A DNA stretch of 64,000 bases from Octopus bimaculoides. Taxonomy: Eukaryota. The notes beneath the pieces were generated by a model. It was not told where the DNA came from, searched no databases, and saw only the letters and a list, made by a program, of their open reading frames with translations. Shown here one piece after another: positions 25,459 through 39,277 of the stretch. The position numbers and the translations under genes are program-made. The stretch spans positions 14,500,846-14,564,845 of the forward strand of contig NC_068983.1 of assembly GCF_001194135.2 (NCBI RefSeq), in the 5' to 3' direction. How positions within the stretch are numbered: the stretch's first letter is position 1; each line of letters starts with the position of its first letter.

Positions 25459-26497
25459 GGGTATAAAAGGCACCCAAATTTACCAGCCTGTCACACATTT
25501 CCCAAATGCTGCAAGCATGCCAAGACTGATACGAAATCAGAGGGAGCAAGCCATCGGATGTCTCCATGATGGTCAACGTCCAAGTGTTATTACTAATGAC
25601 TTGAACAGTATTCGGACAATTGAGCAATACAATGCCACAAACGGCATGGATGATCGTCTACGCAGTGGCCGAGCGAGGGTTACAATGGCATGCTAAGATC
25701 GCCACCTGCACCGATAGTACCTGCAGGACCGATTCCGGAGGGTAACGAAATCAGCTAGGCAAACCATAGGGAGTCACTACTGACCTATTTGTGCAAGGAC
25801 AGTTCACCGCCGGTTGAGATCTTTCAATCTGTCTTGTGGACCTCCGGTTAGGGGCACCGTCCTCAGAGATTGTCATCGACGGGCACATCTGCAGCGGGCT
25901 CAAAAACGCCAGAACTGGTGATATTAACAGTAGAGGACTGTAGTCTTCTCTGACGAAAATCAATATTACATATCTGTGACAGAGAGCAGAGCTAGGGTTT
26001 GGGGAAACGGTGACTGCATGCCGATGGCCGTGTGGTGGAGAGAGACACATGGGGAGAAAAGAGCATCATGGTATGGGCGGGATTGGACTGAACCAGAAAC
26101 TTGGACCGGTGATATTCCAAAACATCGGCCAAGGCCGGGGCAATGAAGTAACCGCGTGCAATACTATACCCGTCATCAGAATCACGTGTTCCAACACGAC
26201 AACACCCGAGCCCATACTGCCAGATTGACAGCAGACTTCATTCAACAGCACAACATCAGGACGCTGCCATGGCCTGCCCTAAGTCCGGACGTGAACCCCA
26301 TAGTGCACTCGTGGGACGAAATCCAAAGAAGGCTACATCACATCCGTCCGAGGTTGACGACTGCGGCACAATTCACTGCATGTTTTAACAGACTGTGGGC
26401 TGCTATTCCCATGGCCTTCCTCAATTGTTTTGTGCATTCAATGTACTTAAGATGCCTGGCGGTATTTAACTCTAACGGTAGTCACACGAGATATTGA
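25459..26497 (+). pseudogene. Decayed Tc1-family (DD34E) transposase
   Basis: TATA-like gggtataaaagg at 25459. ATG at 25517 gives MPRLIRNQREQAIG, then RSGRARVT, VFSDE (about 25943), FQHDNTRAH and WPALSPDVNPIVHSW. Multiple stops and frameshifts; TIRs not identified. Confidence 0.93.
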
Positions 26498-27884
26498 ATT
26501 CATCTCTTTGGATGTAGGACATTCTGTCATCACGTGACACAATGTGGCGTCAAATATGCTTCGAGAAATGACGTTTTATCATTACGAAAGAACGGTTTCT
26601 CAATTAGCATTCTCTAATCAATGTTATGACAATCTGTTAATGAATCAGTTTCTATTTAGTATGTGTGCGACGTTGCAATCACGAACGATCACGAGATCGT
26701 AATTTCGATTTACGGACCGAGCGAAGTGCTGTATTCTTAGGCACGTTGCACTGCTCTCAATTCAGACGTGTCCTGCAATGTGCACCTGTAAAGGATATAT
26801 GGCTTAAGTGGAGTGAGTGAGCTTATGTGCAGTGCAAATATTTCATCCCTATAAACAAATACTCTAGGCCGGTCGTTCAGCAAGAAGTTGCGGATTCAGT
26901 TTTCTCAACTCGACGGACAATGTTTAAACATACTCACGCTAGCACACACATATGTATGTATAAACGTGTATATAATTATATATATATATATNNNNNNNNN
27001 NNNNNNNNNNNNNNNNNNNNNNNNNNNNNNNNNNNNNNNNNNNNNNNNNNNNNNNNNNNNNNNNNNNNNNNNNNNNNNNNNNNNNNNNNNNNNNNNNNNN
27101 NNNNNNNNNNNNNNNNNNNNNNNNNNNNNNNNNNNNNNNNNNNNNNNNNNNNNNNNNNNNNNNNNNNNNNNNNNNNNNNNNNNNNNNNNNNNNNNNNNNN
27201 NNNNNNNNNNNNNNNNNNNNNNNNNNNNNNNNNNNNNNNNNNNNNNNNNNNNNNNNNNNNNNNNNNNNNNNNNNNNNNNNNNNNNNNNNNNNNNNNNNNN
27301 NNNNNNNNNNNNNNNNNNNNNNNNNNNNNNNNNNNNNNNNNNNNNNNNNNNNNNNNNNNNNNNNNNNNNNNNNNNNNNNNNNNNNNNNNNNNNNNNNNNN
27401 NNNNNNNNNNNNNNNNNNNNNNNNNNNNNNNNNNNNNNNNNNNNNNNNNNNNNNNNNNNNNNNNNNNNNNNNNNNNNNNNNNNNNNNNNNNNNNNNNNNN
27501 NNNNNNNNTATATATATATATATGTTATTCAAAGTTATCAACTGTATACGTTTAACCGTTTGTTTTCGAAAATAAACATACAATTAATTTTATTGGCTCT
27601 GAAGAAGCTGTGAGATGTTACACAAGCACTCAGCTCAAAGAACAACGTAAGCTAATGGACGTATTTACGTAAGCCCTAAACTTTTATCACATTAAATTAA
27701 ATACACACACATATATATATATATATGTTAATATCTATGCATATATACATGTATGTATGTATACATGTATGTATATATATATATATATATATGATTGGCA
27801 TCCATTAGTCTCGAAAGACTGTGGATGTGCGCTTTGAACTGAAACATTACACACACACACATATATATATGTATATTTATATAT

Positions 27885-27930
<46 letters not shown>

Positions 27931-28859
27931 GCATATTCGTATATGTCTATCTATATATACATAGATATATACATATATATATGTATCTGTGTATCTGTCT
28001 ATCCATCCACTTATGTCTATATAAGTACATATGTGTGTGTGCGTGTGTTTGTACTAATATGTATATATGATTTTTAACTCATACAATACAGCACCTAAGC
28101 ATGCAGACAGACAGAACCAGGAAAGTAATATATTCTATATTTGTTTTATTATTCTGAGCTCATGTCGTTGAATAAAATCGAATCTTGTTCAGAATTGTCG
28201 CATGTCTTATACTTTCTCCGTTTGGAATAATTCATTTTGAACTTTATCCGTTATGAACAATCGTGACCAGTATGAGAAAAGACTAGAAATATGCGAAGAA
28301 ACTATTATCTTTATTTATCTTTCTATGACCTTTCCAGGCTTCGGTTATTCAACCTACGTTATATGTATGGTTATTATTATTTTTGTTTTTTTGTTGTTGT
28401 TATATCTTACATAACAATGCTTATCCTTACATTACATAGAAATAATTCCAACGACAAGTCGTTTAACACTTCAGTTATCAATAACTTGAAGAATGAATGA
28501 ATTATGTTACGCTCACGTGTCTAGGGTACTTCATTTAGAACAGAAAAAAAAGATGCATAAAAAGACAAATTCTTGCAGTATATATCCGACATTATGTAAA
28601 AATGTCTACGGGACGCCTATTTTGTAGTATTTGTTAGAGCATTAAACAGTTGCAGAACTGTTATTTAAATGTCAAGTTGCAGAGCTGCATGGGTTGCAAA
28701 ATTTCTTATTGTAAAACTGACAAAGGTACACAGTAATGATGCAACAGTGAGGGTAGAGAATAACACTACTGCAGTTAAAGTTACAGACACACAGACACAG
28801 ACACACAGACACGCACACAGCTAGACACACACACACATACACAAAATGTATATACACAT

Positions 28860-29139
28860 ATAGGTATATCTATGTATATATATATATATATACATACACA
28901 CATATATATATATATATGCATATACATATATGCATATACATATGAATATGCGTATACATATGAATATGCATATACCTATGCATATACATATGTATATGCA
29001 TATACATATGCATATATATATGCATTTATATATATGCATATATATATGCACTTATATATATGCATTTATATATATATATGCACATATATTTATGCATTTA
29101 TATATATATGCATATATATATATATGCATTTATATATAT

Positions 29140-29173
<34 letters not shown>

Positions 29174-29212
29174 GCATAAACACACACACGTACCCCAGTT
29201 ATATATATGTAA

Positions 29213-29246
<34 letters not shown>

Positions 29247-29250
29247 GATT
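28860..29250. repeat. Compound cryptic (TA)/(TATGCA) low-complexity repeat
   Basis: Directly visible. Confidence 0.9.
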
Positions 29251-29891
29251 TATAGTGAGATATTTCTAGTCTTGTATGTGTTTTACAAGAGTCTTGACGT
29301 ACCATTCACTAAATCCATTTAGATGAAAATCGTATTCTTTTATTGAAGTTATACTGTCGGGGGAAGCGAAATATCAGTTTAGCATAATTTTACTCTTCTT
29401 ACTTTCTTTTTAATTTTGTTGTTGCATAATCTCAGTTGTATAACGGAAATCTTGTGCGAATGATTTCAGGTGAAAGACGTTCTATCCGTGATCAGTCCAT
29501 TTTATTCAACAATGTGTCCAGGATAATTTCTGTCATGCTGCCGGTCTTTAAATGCAGTACGGAGCGATTCAAGTTAGAGGTAGCAGTTATTTCGAGCTTA
29601 CTAACAAGTGGTCAGTTATTCCCTTGTAGCGACGTTATTTCTTGTGCACAATTTTCAGCAACCAATCAAAACGCAACATGTATATAATTTTCCCTTATTT
29701 TAATTTTTTCACTCATGTAGTCCTTGCATAAGATTGTAAATTCACAGAAGCATGGCTTTTCAAAAAAAAAACCCAAAAGCAAAAACACAAAACAAAACTT
29801 CCAACATTTATTCCGACTCTTTACATTCTGCGTTCGAATCCCGCTTATGTGAAAGGTGTCTTACATCTTTTCAGACTCGATAAATTAAAGT

Positions 29892-30271
29892 GGCTGGCAC
29901 TCCGTCGGTTACGACGGCGAGGGTTCCAGTTCATCCGATCAGCGGAACAGCCTGCTCGTGAAATTAACGTGCAAGTGGCTCAGCACTCCACAGACATGTG
30001 TACCCTTAACGTAGTTCTCGGGGAGATTCAGCGTGACACAGTGTGACAAGGCTGGACGTTTGAAATACAGGTACAACAGAAACATAAAGAAAGAGTGATA
30101 GAAAGTTGTGGTGAAAGAGTACGGCAGGGTTCGCTACCATCCCCTGCCAGAGCCTTGTGGAACTTTAGGTGTTTTCGTTCAATAAACACACACAACGCCC
30201 GATCTGGGAATCGAAACCGCGATCCTACGACCGCGTGTTCGCTGCCCTAAACACAGGGCTATTGCGCCTCC
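29892..30271 (-). mobile_element. Full-length SINE family A with a 14-bp target-site duplication, inserted in a family C SINE
   Basis: cgataaattaaagt occurs at 29878-29891 and 30271-30284; joining the flanks restores a diverged family C sequence. Confidence 0.93.
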
Positions 30272-30613
30272 GATAAATTAAAGTACCACTGTACCGGTGA
30301 AACACTGAGTCGATTTAATCAACCAACCTACTTTCATTAAAATTGCTGGTTTTGTGCCAAAGTTTCGAAACTTAGGTACAACGTTGTAGACATTATACGG
30401 ACAGTTGACTGGTAATATTGTTAGAGCGTCGATCAAAATGCTTTTCAATATTTATTAGGGTTTCTACGTTCTTGGTTCATATCCCGTCGAGATAACTGTC
30501 TTTCATCATTTCAGCTCTGGGTTAAATGGTATCGACTAAGTCGGCCTTCAAAATGTTGCTGGCATTGCGCCTAAATTACAAACCGTTATTATTGTGGCTA
30601 TTATTATAGTTAT

Positions 30614-30920
30614 GGCGCATGGCTCATAGTGTCGAGCTTAAGATCGAGAGGTTGTGAGTTCAATTCCCTCATCGGGCAGTGTGTTGTGTTCTTCAGCAAG
30701 ACACTTCAGTTCACTTAGCTGCAGAAACGATTTGCTACGTCTGTGGTGCTAAGCTGTATCAGCATTTGCCTTTCCCTTGGATAACATTGATATGTTGAGG
30801 GGAGGCTGGTAGGCATGGGCAACTGATGGTCTTCCATTAACGACATTTCCTAGATTTTGCTTAGGAGGGGACTTTTCTAGGTGCAATTCCATGGTCATTC
30901 TTAACCGAAGGGTGTCTTTA
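30614..30920 (+). mobile_element. Diverged tRNA-derived SINE of another family
   Basis: ggcgcatggctc...gaggttgtgagttcaattccc head followed by a gtgttgtgttcttcagcaagacact CORE-like block. Confidence 0.65.
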
Positions 30921-31415
30921 TATTATAGTTACAGTTGTTGTTCTATAAACTCGGGTCACCCCAATCCAGCTGCCTTAAGAGGAAAGATATCTCAGCCATC
31001 TGTATGAAATCACTTTGTGTACTTAAAATTACATTTTCTACACCTTCTAGACATACATTAACAAAGAAAAATATCTCTCCTCCTTCATTCTGGACAAGTT
31101 ATTAGGTTAAAATTAATTCTATTGATATAAGTTTAGACACAGCTAAGCTGTTCTATCTTTCTTGCATAACAGTGTAAGCAGTGACAAAATGTTTAATTAA
31201 TTAATAATGCTCTACACAGCGGTAATCGCTAAATTACTAGCGACACTACACGAAAAAAGAATAGATATTATTTGTTTCCTTTCTCCAAGAGGCAATTTCC
31301 AGTTTATTAACGTGTGATTGCATTAGCTATTCAGTATATCACCTTCGAACTGAGTTACCCAAATTCTTATCAACGAACCATTAGATTTATTTCCATTCAT
31401 TGTCATTTTTTTCTT

Positions 31416-31715
31416 CACCCTTTTAAAGCCTAGCCAGGCTCATGGGCCCGATTTCCGGTTTCTATGGCGTATGTGTTCCCCCCAGCTAGACAGGACGCTA
31501 GTTCATCGCAGCGTTACTCAAGAGATAGGAAGAAAGTGTGAGAGAAAGTTGGGGCGAAAAAATACAACAAGGGTCACCACCACCCCTTACGGGAGCCTCC
31601 AGGGGCTTTTAGGTGTTTTCGCTCAATAAACACACACACAACGCCCGGTTTGGGAATCGAAACCGCGATCCTTCCACCGCGAGTCCACTGCCTTATCACT
31701 GGGCCATTGCGCCTC
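31416..31715 (-). mobile_element. SINE with a family A head and a different 3' half
   Basis: The first about 190 bp match family A; it then diverges to cttgagtaacgctgcgatgaactagcgtcctgtctagctgggggg...gggcccatgagcctggctaggctttaaaagggtg. Confidence 0.85.
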
Positions 31716-32164
31716 TACGTTGTTTCAGAGATACAGAAATTTCTAAAATTCAGTTCTGTTTTCAAATCATTTTCTACGAGTAGAAGTTCATTCATTGACC
31801 AAAGCTGCAATGGGAAATCTACCCTTTGCTGATGAGTTGTAAGAAGATTGAAATACATCCAATGAAATTTATACATAGTCCTCTCTCAGCATGAAAATGA
31901 AATGTTCCCGGAGATTGTTTATTTCTTTATATCTCCCCTTTATTTGAGGCTTTATTTTTTTTAACATTTAGCCTTTTGTTATTTCTGTAATTAAGAGGAA
32001 GGTAGAAAATTCACAGGATTGTTAGAGCGAATGATAGAGTGTCTACTTTGTGGGAATTTCCCCATCTGTGTGTGATCTAAGTTTAAATCTCATTGATGTC
32101 AACTTTGCTTTTCGTCTATTCAGGGTCAATGGAAATGTATCGATCCAGGACTGTGGATTGATGT

Positions 32165-32304
32165 AAGAGTTATGCATGCTGCGACACTTGGCCTACTGAC
32201 ATCAGCAACTGCGACGACACTCGTTCCCAAATTACCAGTCTTATTCAAGTCGGCAATTTTTTCTTTAAACTTTGGTGATATGTCTAAGGAAGACTTGCTA
32301 GCAT
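32165..32304 (-). pseudogene. Possible Tc1 transposase N-terminal remnant
   Basis: Minus strand reads KSSLDISPKFKEKIADLNKTGNLGTSVVAVADVSRPSVAACI, resembling Tc1 starts of the type KSKEISQDLRKKIVDLHKSG...VPRSSV. Confidence 0.35.
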
Positions 32305-34374
32305 GGATAATTGCTAGTGTTCCTCAAAAGCCTCGCCGAAGCTTGAGCATACATGTGCAGATGTATGGTTAATTCAAGTTTGAAAAAAAATTTGAAACAA
32401 CGGAAGCGGCACATGTGAATCTTCGCTCGAACTGACAAAGTAGATTTCAGACTTACACTTTGACCCTCGATGTCATGTATACAGTGCAAAAATAAATTAT
32501 ACAAACAGGGAATTAATAATTCCATTTAATATAGAATGACTACTTCCTCGAAAAAGAAAAAAAATGAAAAAGAAACCGTCATCGAAATAGAATTCGATAA
32601 AAGGAGTTGTTCCGAGTGAAAACCAGTCATTGCTTGAACAAAAAGGAACGCTTCTCTGCATTGAAGAGCATGGTTTCCTAAACGTTTTGACAGTTTTCGT
32701 CGGGTACAACATTACATTTCAATCGATGATGAATAGTTTGTATGCACCGTTGAATACATCATTGCCTATTTTAATTGACTAACTTCATTGGATTACACAA
32801 GGAAATTAATGGTCTGAACATATTTGAAAATGAAAGCAGGTAATTAAAGTGTGAAGGAAGTGGCATGGATGAAGTACTGTACTATCACAAAAATACAGAC
32901 GTCTCGTAGCATATATTTAAGGTATAATACTAAGTGTCAGACGGACAAGAAAGATACCTGGAAAATTGAAGGCGAGACTGGAGCAAGCAGTGCAAGTCGT
33001 TAATTTTATTAAAGCTAACCCAATTAATTATCGTATAAATCCATCTTACTGTTTCTTTTAATATTTAATATTTATCGTATTTGTCCAACATCTAAATTGT
33101 TAATACAGTTCTATATTTAAGAGATGAGGAATTACGTACATTGTTTTACATTTGACGGATATTTGTTCATACAAATTATTCTCAGGTGAATAACAATGTT
33201 GCCACAGAAGTATTTTAGCAATAAAGCTGGTAGTGGTACGTTTTGTTACTATTTCTAGCTGGTTGCCTGAACGCATAAATGGCCTTTATCGTTGACTTAT
33301 TGCGATTGATGATATAGTTAATCTAAATGTTTCGATTATTATCATCTTATTCTTGATAGTAGTTTATTTAATATATACCTGAAAAATATGTAAGTTACGT
33401 TAAAATAATTAATGAAGTGAACAAAAAACAAAAAAACAAAAAACGCTAACTGAACTTGATTACAAAAAAAAATCCAACAATTAAACTAGCTTTAGAACAA
33501 GTACGATAGATGAGTGTTAGCATGTTACGTGCTTTTATTTTCTTTTGGCTCATTAGCGTTTTTTCCTGAACTAATCTTGGAAGAACCATCATATAATTTT
33601 ACGAGATTGTTCACTGGTTGAACAACGTAATTATTTAAAGAAGGAACTCAGGGAGGCTATCCACGTTTGTTTTAACAGGTTTAATGGAAGCTGTATTAAA
33701 ATTATATGATCAGGTCATCATAATTTAGAAATACGTCCAGTGTTGTCCCCTGCCTCGCCGTACCTCCAGAAATAATTAGAAAAGTATTAGTCATTGACTA
33801 ATATATTTTCTCTCTCTACTTAATTATTTCTAATTATATATTAAATATAGTGACTCTTTAATCTAACTATTTTAATTTAACTATAGTATTTTATGTGTAC
33901 GACATTCATGAATAATAGATTACCTGTAATTGAACGCTTCAGATGAGAATGCTGAAGAAGAATGAGACACTAGAGCTGTTAATATAGAAAGCTAGAGGTA
34001 AGGTTGTTCCATGCGTTAGCGTATCAACAACAACAACAAAAACTGCATGCGATGATGATGTTTGCACATACATGTTACAGTGAAGGCGGTTTACATCTAC
34101 ATATTTCTAAGTGGAGAATGTAGTAGAGTAATAAACGAACAGGTGAAAAATGGATAAAAACTTGAAGGGAAGATATTATCAGTCAACAGATTGTTTATCT
34201 TTAAAATCTAGCAACCGCAGAAACTGTCGTTATCAATATACAGAATGTCCTTTTTAAACGATACGTGTACATGTTATTCTTAGTCCGTAGATTCTGTCAG
34301 ATGTCCTCATATCTTGGTCATAAATTCGATGATGGCTAACTTTTCGTCAAATACCTGAATGAAAATATGTTCAT

Positions 34375-34620
34375 GTTGGTTCCTTTGAGGAGCCTGTACA
34401 TCCCAATCCTTGACACACAGCTTCGGTTGCAGAATGCGCACGTTAATGAAGGGTTGGGGAGTCTAGTTAGCAATCAGCCTGCGCGTTACTTTTCTCGCCT
34501 CATCTTGAAGTGCTGAGTTTCATTTTCGTATCTTTTGTATCCCTCCAACAGAGAGATCATTAAAGCAAACCGGATAGCGAGGACAATGCCTACGCAGGCG
34601 GAAATAAATGTCCACAACTT
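34375..34620 (-). mobile_element. RTE-clade LINE 3' ORF remnant
   Basis: Minus strand reads LLEGYKRYENETQHFKMRREK*...PNPSLTCAFCNRSCVSRIGMY, matching the RTE C-terminal CxxCxRxCxSRIG zinc finger. Confidence 0.6.
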
Positions 34621-35379
34621 TCCTCTTATCTCCAGACAACAAGCCTGCCTTTGCATTATAGGTATATCAAATTTTGGACTATTTTTATTTCTTTAAATTA
34701 CCATGGGAGACAGTTTTAATAACACAAAAACTTTAGCCACTTCAATTCAACTCTCTATCCGACGTCACTTATTTCCCGCTCATTTCTTAAAATACATTTA
34801 TCCTGATCACACCTTCATGCCAACATTTTCTTATCTTATGCTATTAATCTGATTAATATAATTTAATGTAGCAGTATGTTTTTTTTTCTGAAAGCCGCTT
34901 ATTATGAGCACGAATAATTTTATCAGCTCGTTCCTGTTATCATAGTAAGTACAAAAACTCATTATTAGCTTAACCGTATCCGTGTATTATTATTGAACGT
35001 GCTTCGTGCTAAAGTAATCAGTAAAACCGGCAACCAATATAAAACAATATAGGGAAAACTTTGAGTATGGGGCTAATAATTTCCAAGCGCAATATTGTGC
35101 TTACAGGGTAAGAAACCATTGTACGGTATAATGGCTAAGCGTCTAAAACATAATTTCAGGTTGACTAAAATTTGTGAAAGAAATATAGGCGAACGAAAAT
35201 GGTGTGAATGGTATGTATACGTACATACATGGGGCCCTGGAATATGTAATACACTGCCTAAATACCAATCTTGAGAATTAGTTTTCTCAAAACGAGAAAG
35301 GAGAAAGCTAATCCGAAGACTAAAGATCCAATCCATCACTGGAACCGTGATAGTCTGTAAAACTTTCCAGAAGTTTATC

Positions 35380-35416
<37 letters not shown>

Positions 35417-35669
35417 CATGTCTAGATATGCAACTATAATGCATGAGAATACATAGATAAAGCAAAACATACAAATCTACACACACACACATACATACAT
35501 ACATACATACATACATACAAACAAATATACCTTGTTGTTGATGTTGAAATTCCAATGAAGTAGCTTTGGATCTAGGCTAGAAACCGGCTCTTTCTCTATT
35601 GGCAAGAAATCTTGAAATAAAACTGAACAATCACATACATACATACATACATAAATACATACACACGCA

Positions 35670-35832
35670 CACAATAAGCATGCGGGGCTGTGAAGTAAGA
35701 ACCTTGCTTCCCAAGCACATCGTTCCGGGTTCAGTCCCACTACGTAGCATCTTGGGTAAGTCTCTTCTCCTATGACCTCAGACCGACCAAAGCCTTGTGA
35801 GTTTGTCTGGAAGACGGAAATTGAAATAAGCC
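35670..35832 (+). mobile_element. SINE family B head and body
   Basis: gcatgcggggctgtgaagtaagaaccttgcttcccaagcacatcgttccgggttcagtcccactacg. Confidence 0.8.
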
Positions 35833-35879
35833 CATAGTAATAATAATAACAAGCAATGGACGGAATTTATAAATATTTT

Positions 35880-35938
35880 AATGCATCGCTACGCGTGTTT
35901 CCACAAGTCACAAGTATCTTGCGATCATAGTCTGCATT
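35880..35938 (-). ncRNA. Hammerhead-ribozyme fold downstream of the Penelope-like ORF
   Basis: Minus strand reads aatgca-ga-CT(-)ATGA-T-CGCAAG-atacttgtga-CTTGTG-GAAAC-acgc-GTA-gcga-tgcatt. Stems I, II and III pair, but one core G is missing. Confidence 0.6.
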
Positions 35939-36429
35939 CCTGGGATGATTACAGAGTAGTCCGTTGTATCCATGGACATGGGTGGATCATAGTTCATGTG
36001 TTCATTTCTCCTGGCGCTACGTCAGTAACGTTGGAAGCAACGAATATATAACAGATGAATGTTTATCAATTTTGACCAATCAAAAGGTTGATTGGGATGT
36101 CTGGGCAGTTTTGTGTGTATTTGGTAAGGAGGAATAGAGTAGGTGATTTGTGTATGCAAATATCGAGATGGGTAGTACAGTTCACCAGTTTCAACTTAGT
36201 CACAGCAGGTACTTTCTCAATGAATTTAGATGTTGTAAGGTCAGGAATTTAGTTAGTAAGTAAATCTACTCTGTTGCTGATGTTCATTGTCTAGGTTGAC
36301 AAATGGAGTTCTCTTAGAGATTCCTTTTAAAGATATAGCATACAGCATAGGGATTTTTTTTGGTTTAGTTGGTTTATATGTTCATGTCTTGTTCCATTAG
36401 ATGCTAATGTCTAGATATTGTTTTTCTGT

Positions 36430-36870
36430 TTCAAAATGTACTTTTCCAATTTTACAAATGATGCCTTGTTTTTATGCTTGCATGATATAATTACATCGGA
36501 TGGTCTATTAATTATATTTTTGCTGAATGTGATGATCTCCAGCGTTTCTTCAAGGTATACTTTACATACCCATGATGTTCTATTGTATAGTGTAACGTTT
36601 TTCTTATTATAGATCATTGGGTTGTATGCTCAACTCTTTTCTGTTTGGGCCTCCAGATGAGGTTAGATAATGATGTACAGTGCCTTTTGTCTATATTGGA
36701 AAATGACGTAAGATGGTTGCTTCGAGGATATTTCATGGTGTGTCTGGTACCACCAATGTACATATATTTTTGTGTACCTGTCTTCACTTCACATTTGTAA
36801 ATCCCATTCTTTGCCATACAGTTGTTATTAAATTTGCATTCATTTTCTGTCTGCAGTTACATGTTATATT
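36430..36870 (-). pseudogene. Penelope-like retroelement GIY-YIG endonuclease remnant
   Basis: CNCRQK...MAKNGIYKCEVKTGTQKYMYIGGT...NHLTSFSNIDKRHCTSLSNLIW...YNRTSWVCKVYLEE...CKHKNK, with frameshifts. Confidence 0.88.
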
Positions 36871-37520
36871 ATCTTTTCCAGTTCTGCAAGTAGAGTTACT
36901 ATTTGTTCTGACGTTTGTTCTTCCTCGTGCAACATAGTTCTCATTTTCTTTAGGTATAGATTGCACAGTAAATTGTATGGTACTATGCGACATCGCAAAG
37001 TCTAGAAGACTCCATACACAAATAAAATAAAACTGAACAGCATAAAACTAGGGTGTGCTTATGGAAAAACCGTAGATGAAAACAAAATAAACAACGATAG
37101 AATGGTTACCAATAAGAATGATTAAAGCTCGTCCATAAGAAAAATTGGTCCAAACAGCGTCACACGATTGGTTCTGATTATGCCGAAATTAGTTCAGAAC
37201 GTCTCAGGAACGATTCACAAGAGGAATACTATAAACCGAGCCAAACGACAGGAAATCTAGTTATAGACAAAGAACGCGATGGCTAATAATATTCATAGTC
37301 TCACTTGGTCAGTGATGGGAATCCAGACGGAACGTGTAATAATGGATGCTTCTGGTAGGCCTCTATGTAGAAGGTAACTGAACACAATGATCCTACCAAG
37401 AATAGTGGCCGAAGATGAATATGTATGTATATATATATATCTATATATATATATATGCACACACATATTCATATGTATATACACATACATAATATATTGA
37501 TACTTATATATATCTATATA

Positions 37521-37553
<33 letters not shown>

Positions 37554-38473
37554 NNNNNNNNNNNNNNNNNNNNNNNNNNNNNNNNNNNNNNNNNNNNNNN
37601 NNNNNNNNNNNNNNNNNNNNNNNNNNNNNNNNNNNNNNNNNNNNNNNNNNNNNNNNNNNNNNNNNNNNNNNNNNNNNNNNNNNNNNNNNNNNNNNNNNNN
37701 NNNNNNNNNNNNNNNNNNNNNNNNNNNNNNNNNNNNNNNNNNNNNNNNNNNNNNNNNNNNNNNNNNNNNNNNNNNNNNNNNNNNNNNNNNNNNNNNNNNN
37801 NNNNNNNNNNNNNNNNNNNNNNNNNNNNNNNNNNNNNNNNNNNNNNNNNNNNNNNNNNNNNNNNNNNNNNNNNNNNNNNNNNNNNNNNNNNNNNNNNNNN
37901 NNNNNNNNNNNNNNNNNNNNNNNNNNNNNNNNNNNNNNNNNNNNNNNNNNNNNNNNNNNNNNNNNNNNNNNNNNNNNNNNNNNNNNNNNNNNNNNNNNNN
38001 NNNNNNNNNNNNNNNNNNNNNNNNNNNNNNNNNNNNNNNNNNNNNNNNNNNNNNNNNNNNNNNNNNNNNNNNNNNNNNNNNNNNNNNNNNNNNNNNNNNN
38101 NNNNNNNNNNNNNNNNNNNNNNNNNNNNNNNNNNNNNNNNNNNNNNNNNNNNNNNNNNNNNNNNNNNNNNNNNNNNNNNNNNNNNNNNNNNNNNNNNNNN
38201 NNNNNNNNNNNNNNNNNNNNNNNNNNNNNNNNNNNNNNNNNNNNNNNNNNNNNNNNNNNNNNNNNNNNNNNNNNNNNNNNNNNNNNNNNNNNNNNNNNNN
38301 NNNNNNNNNNNNNNNNNNNNNNNNNNNNNNNNNNNNNNNNNNNNNNNNNNNNNNNNNNNNNNNNNNNNNNNNNNNNNNNNNNNNNNNNNNNNNNNNNNNN
38401 NNNNNNNNNNNNNNNNNNNNNNNNNNNNNNNNNNNNNNNNNNNNNNNNNNNNNNNNNNNNNNNNNNNNNNNNN

Positions 38474-38525
<52 letters not shown>

Positions 38526-39277
38526 CGTTTTTGCACGTGAGTGAAATTCGCAATTAAGAAAGATCTCGATAGTAAAAGCTGTGAATTCTGTAATTTCATT
38601 ACATGTTCATCGTTGTTTCTGCTGAGCGAAAGTTTGATAAACGTCCTAACAATATGAAAACACGCATTGACAAAACCACACGCTCACACAGACATGCTGA
38701 CACACATGCATGCACATACATGTATATATTGTGTGTGTATGTATATGTATGTGTGTGTATAACTGTATTTTCATGTTCACGTCGGTCTTAAAACGTCGCT
38801 GTTATGTCATATAAATAGCTTGTACTTATCACTGTACGGCAAAAATATTGGAGTTGCTCGAAGCAGCATTCTATAATTAATTATTTAAATTAAATAATGA
38901 TAATTACTGTGCTGTCTAGCCAGCCACTTTTACCTGCATTTTGAAAATGACTATTTTAACTAATGGTATACTTGTAATAAATTAAACTTCGTAGAATACT
39001 ATATCATGTTCACTAGCACCAACTTTACTGTAAAGCCTTCACTGTAGTTTGATTTTTATCATACATAAAAAAAGCACAAGAATCACCTTTCCATGTTACT
39101 GGAAATATACACGCTTCAATCTGTAAACTGAACTAAAATTAGAGATGAGTAACCATTTGACATCTTCGAATGTCTCTTTAGTTTCTATATGAGTCAAGCC
39201 ACACTGTAAGAGGTACTGTAAATATCAACACTAGATAAAGTGTTTTCGCCATTAGCTTCTGTCCATAGTATGTGTAT

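Noticed and set aside
27598-27645. CTGAAGA followed by a stem; similar partial motifs near 6145, 31809, 39780 and 47183
   Set aside because: Each lacks GAAA, stem II or stem I, and the one near 39780 lies in a decayed SINE.
34552-34661. Plus-strand candidate exon with a strong acceptor (EIIKANRIARTMP...)
   Set aside because: It overlaps the antisense strand of an RTE LINE remnant, whose purine-rich coding strand creates the pyrimidine tract.
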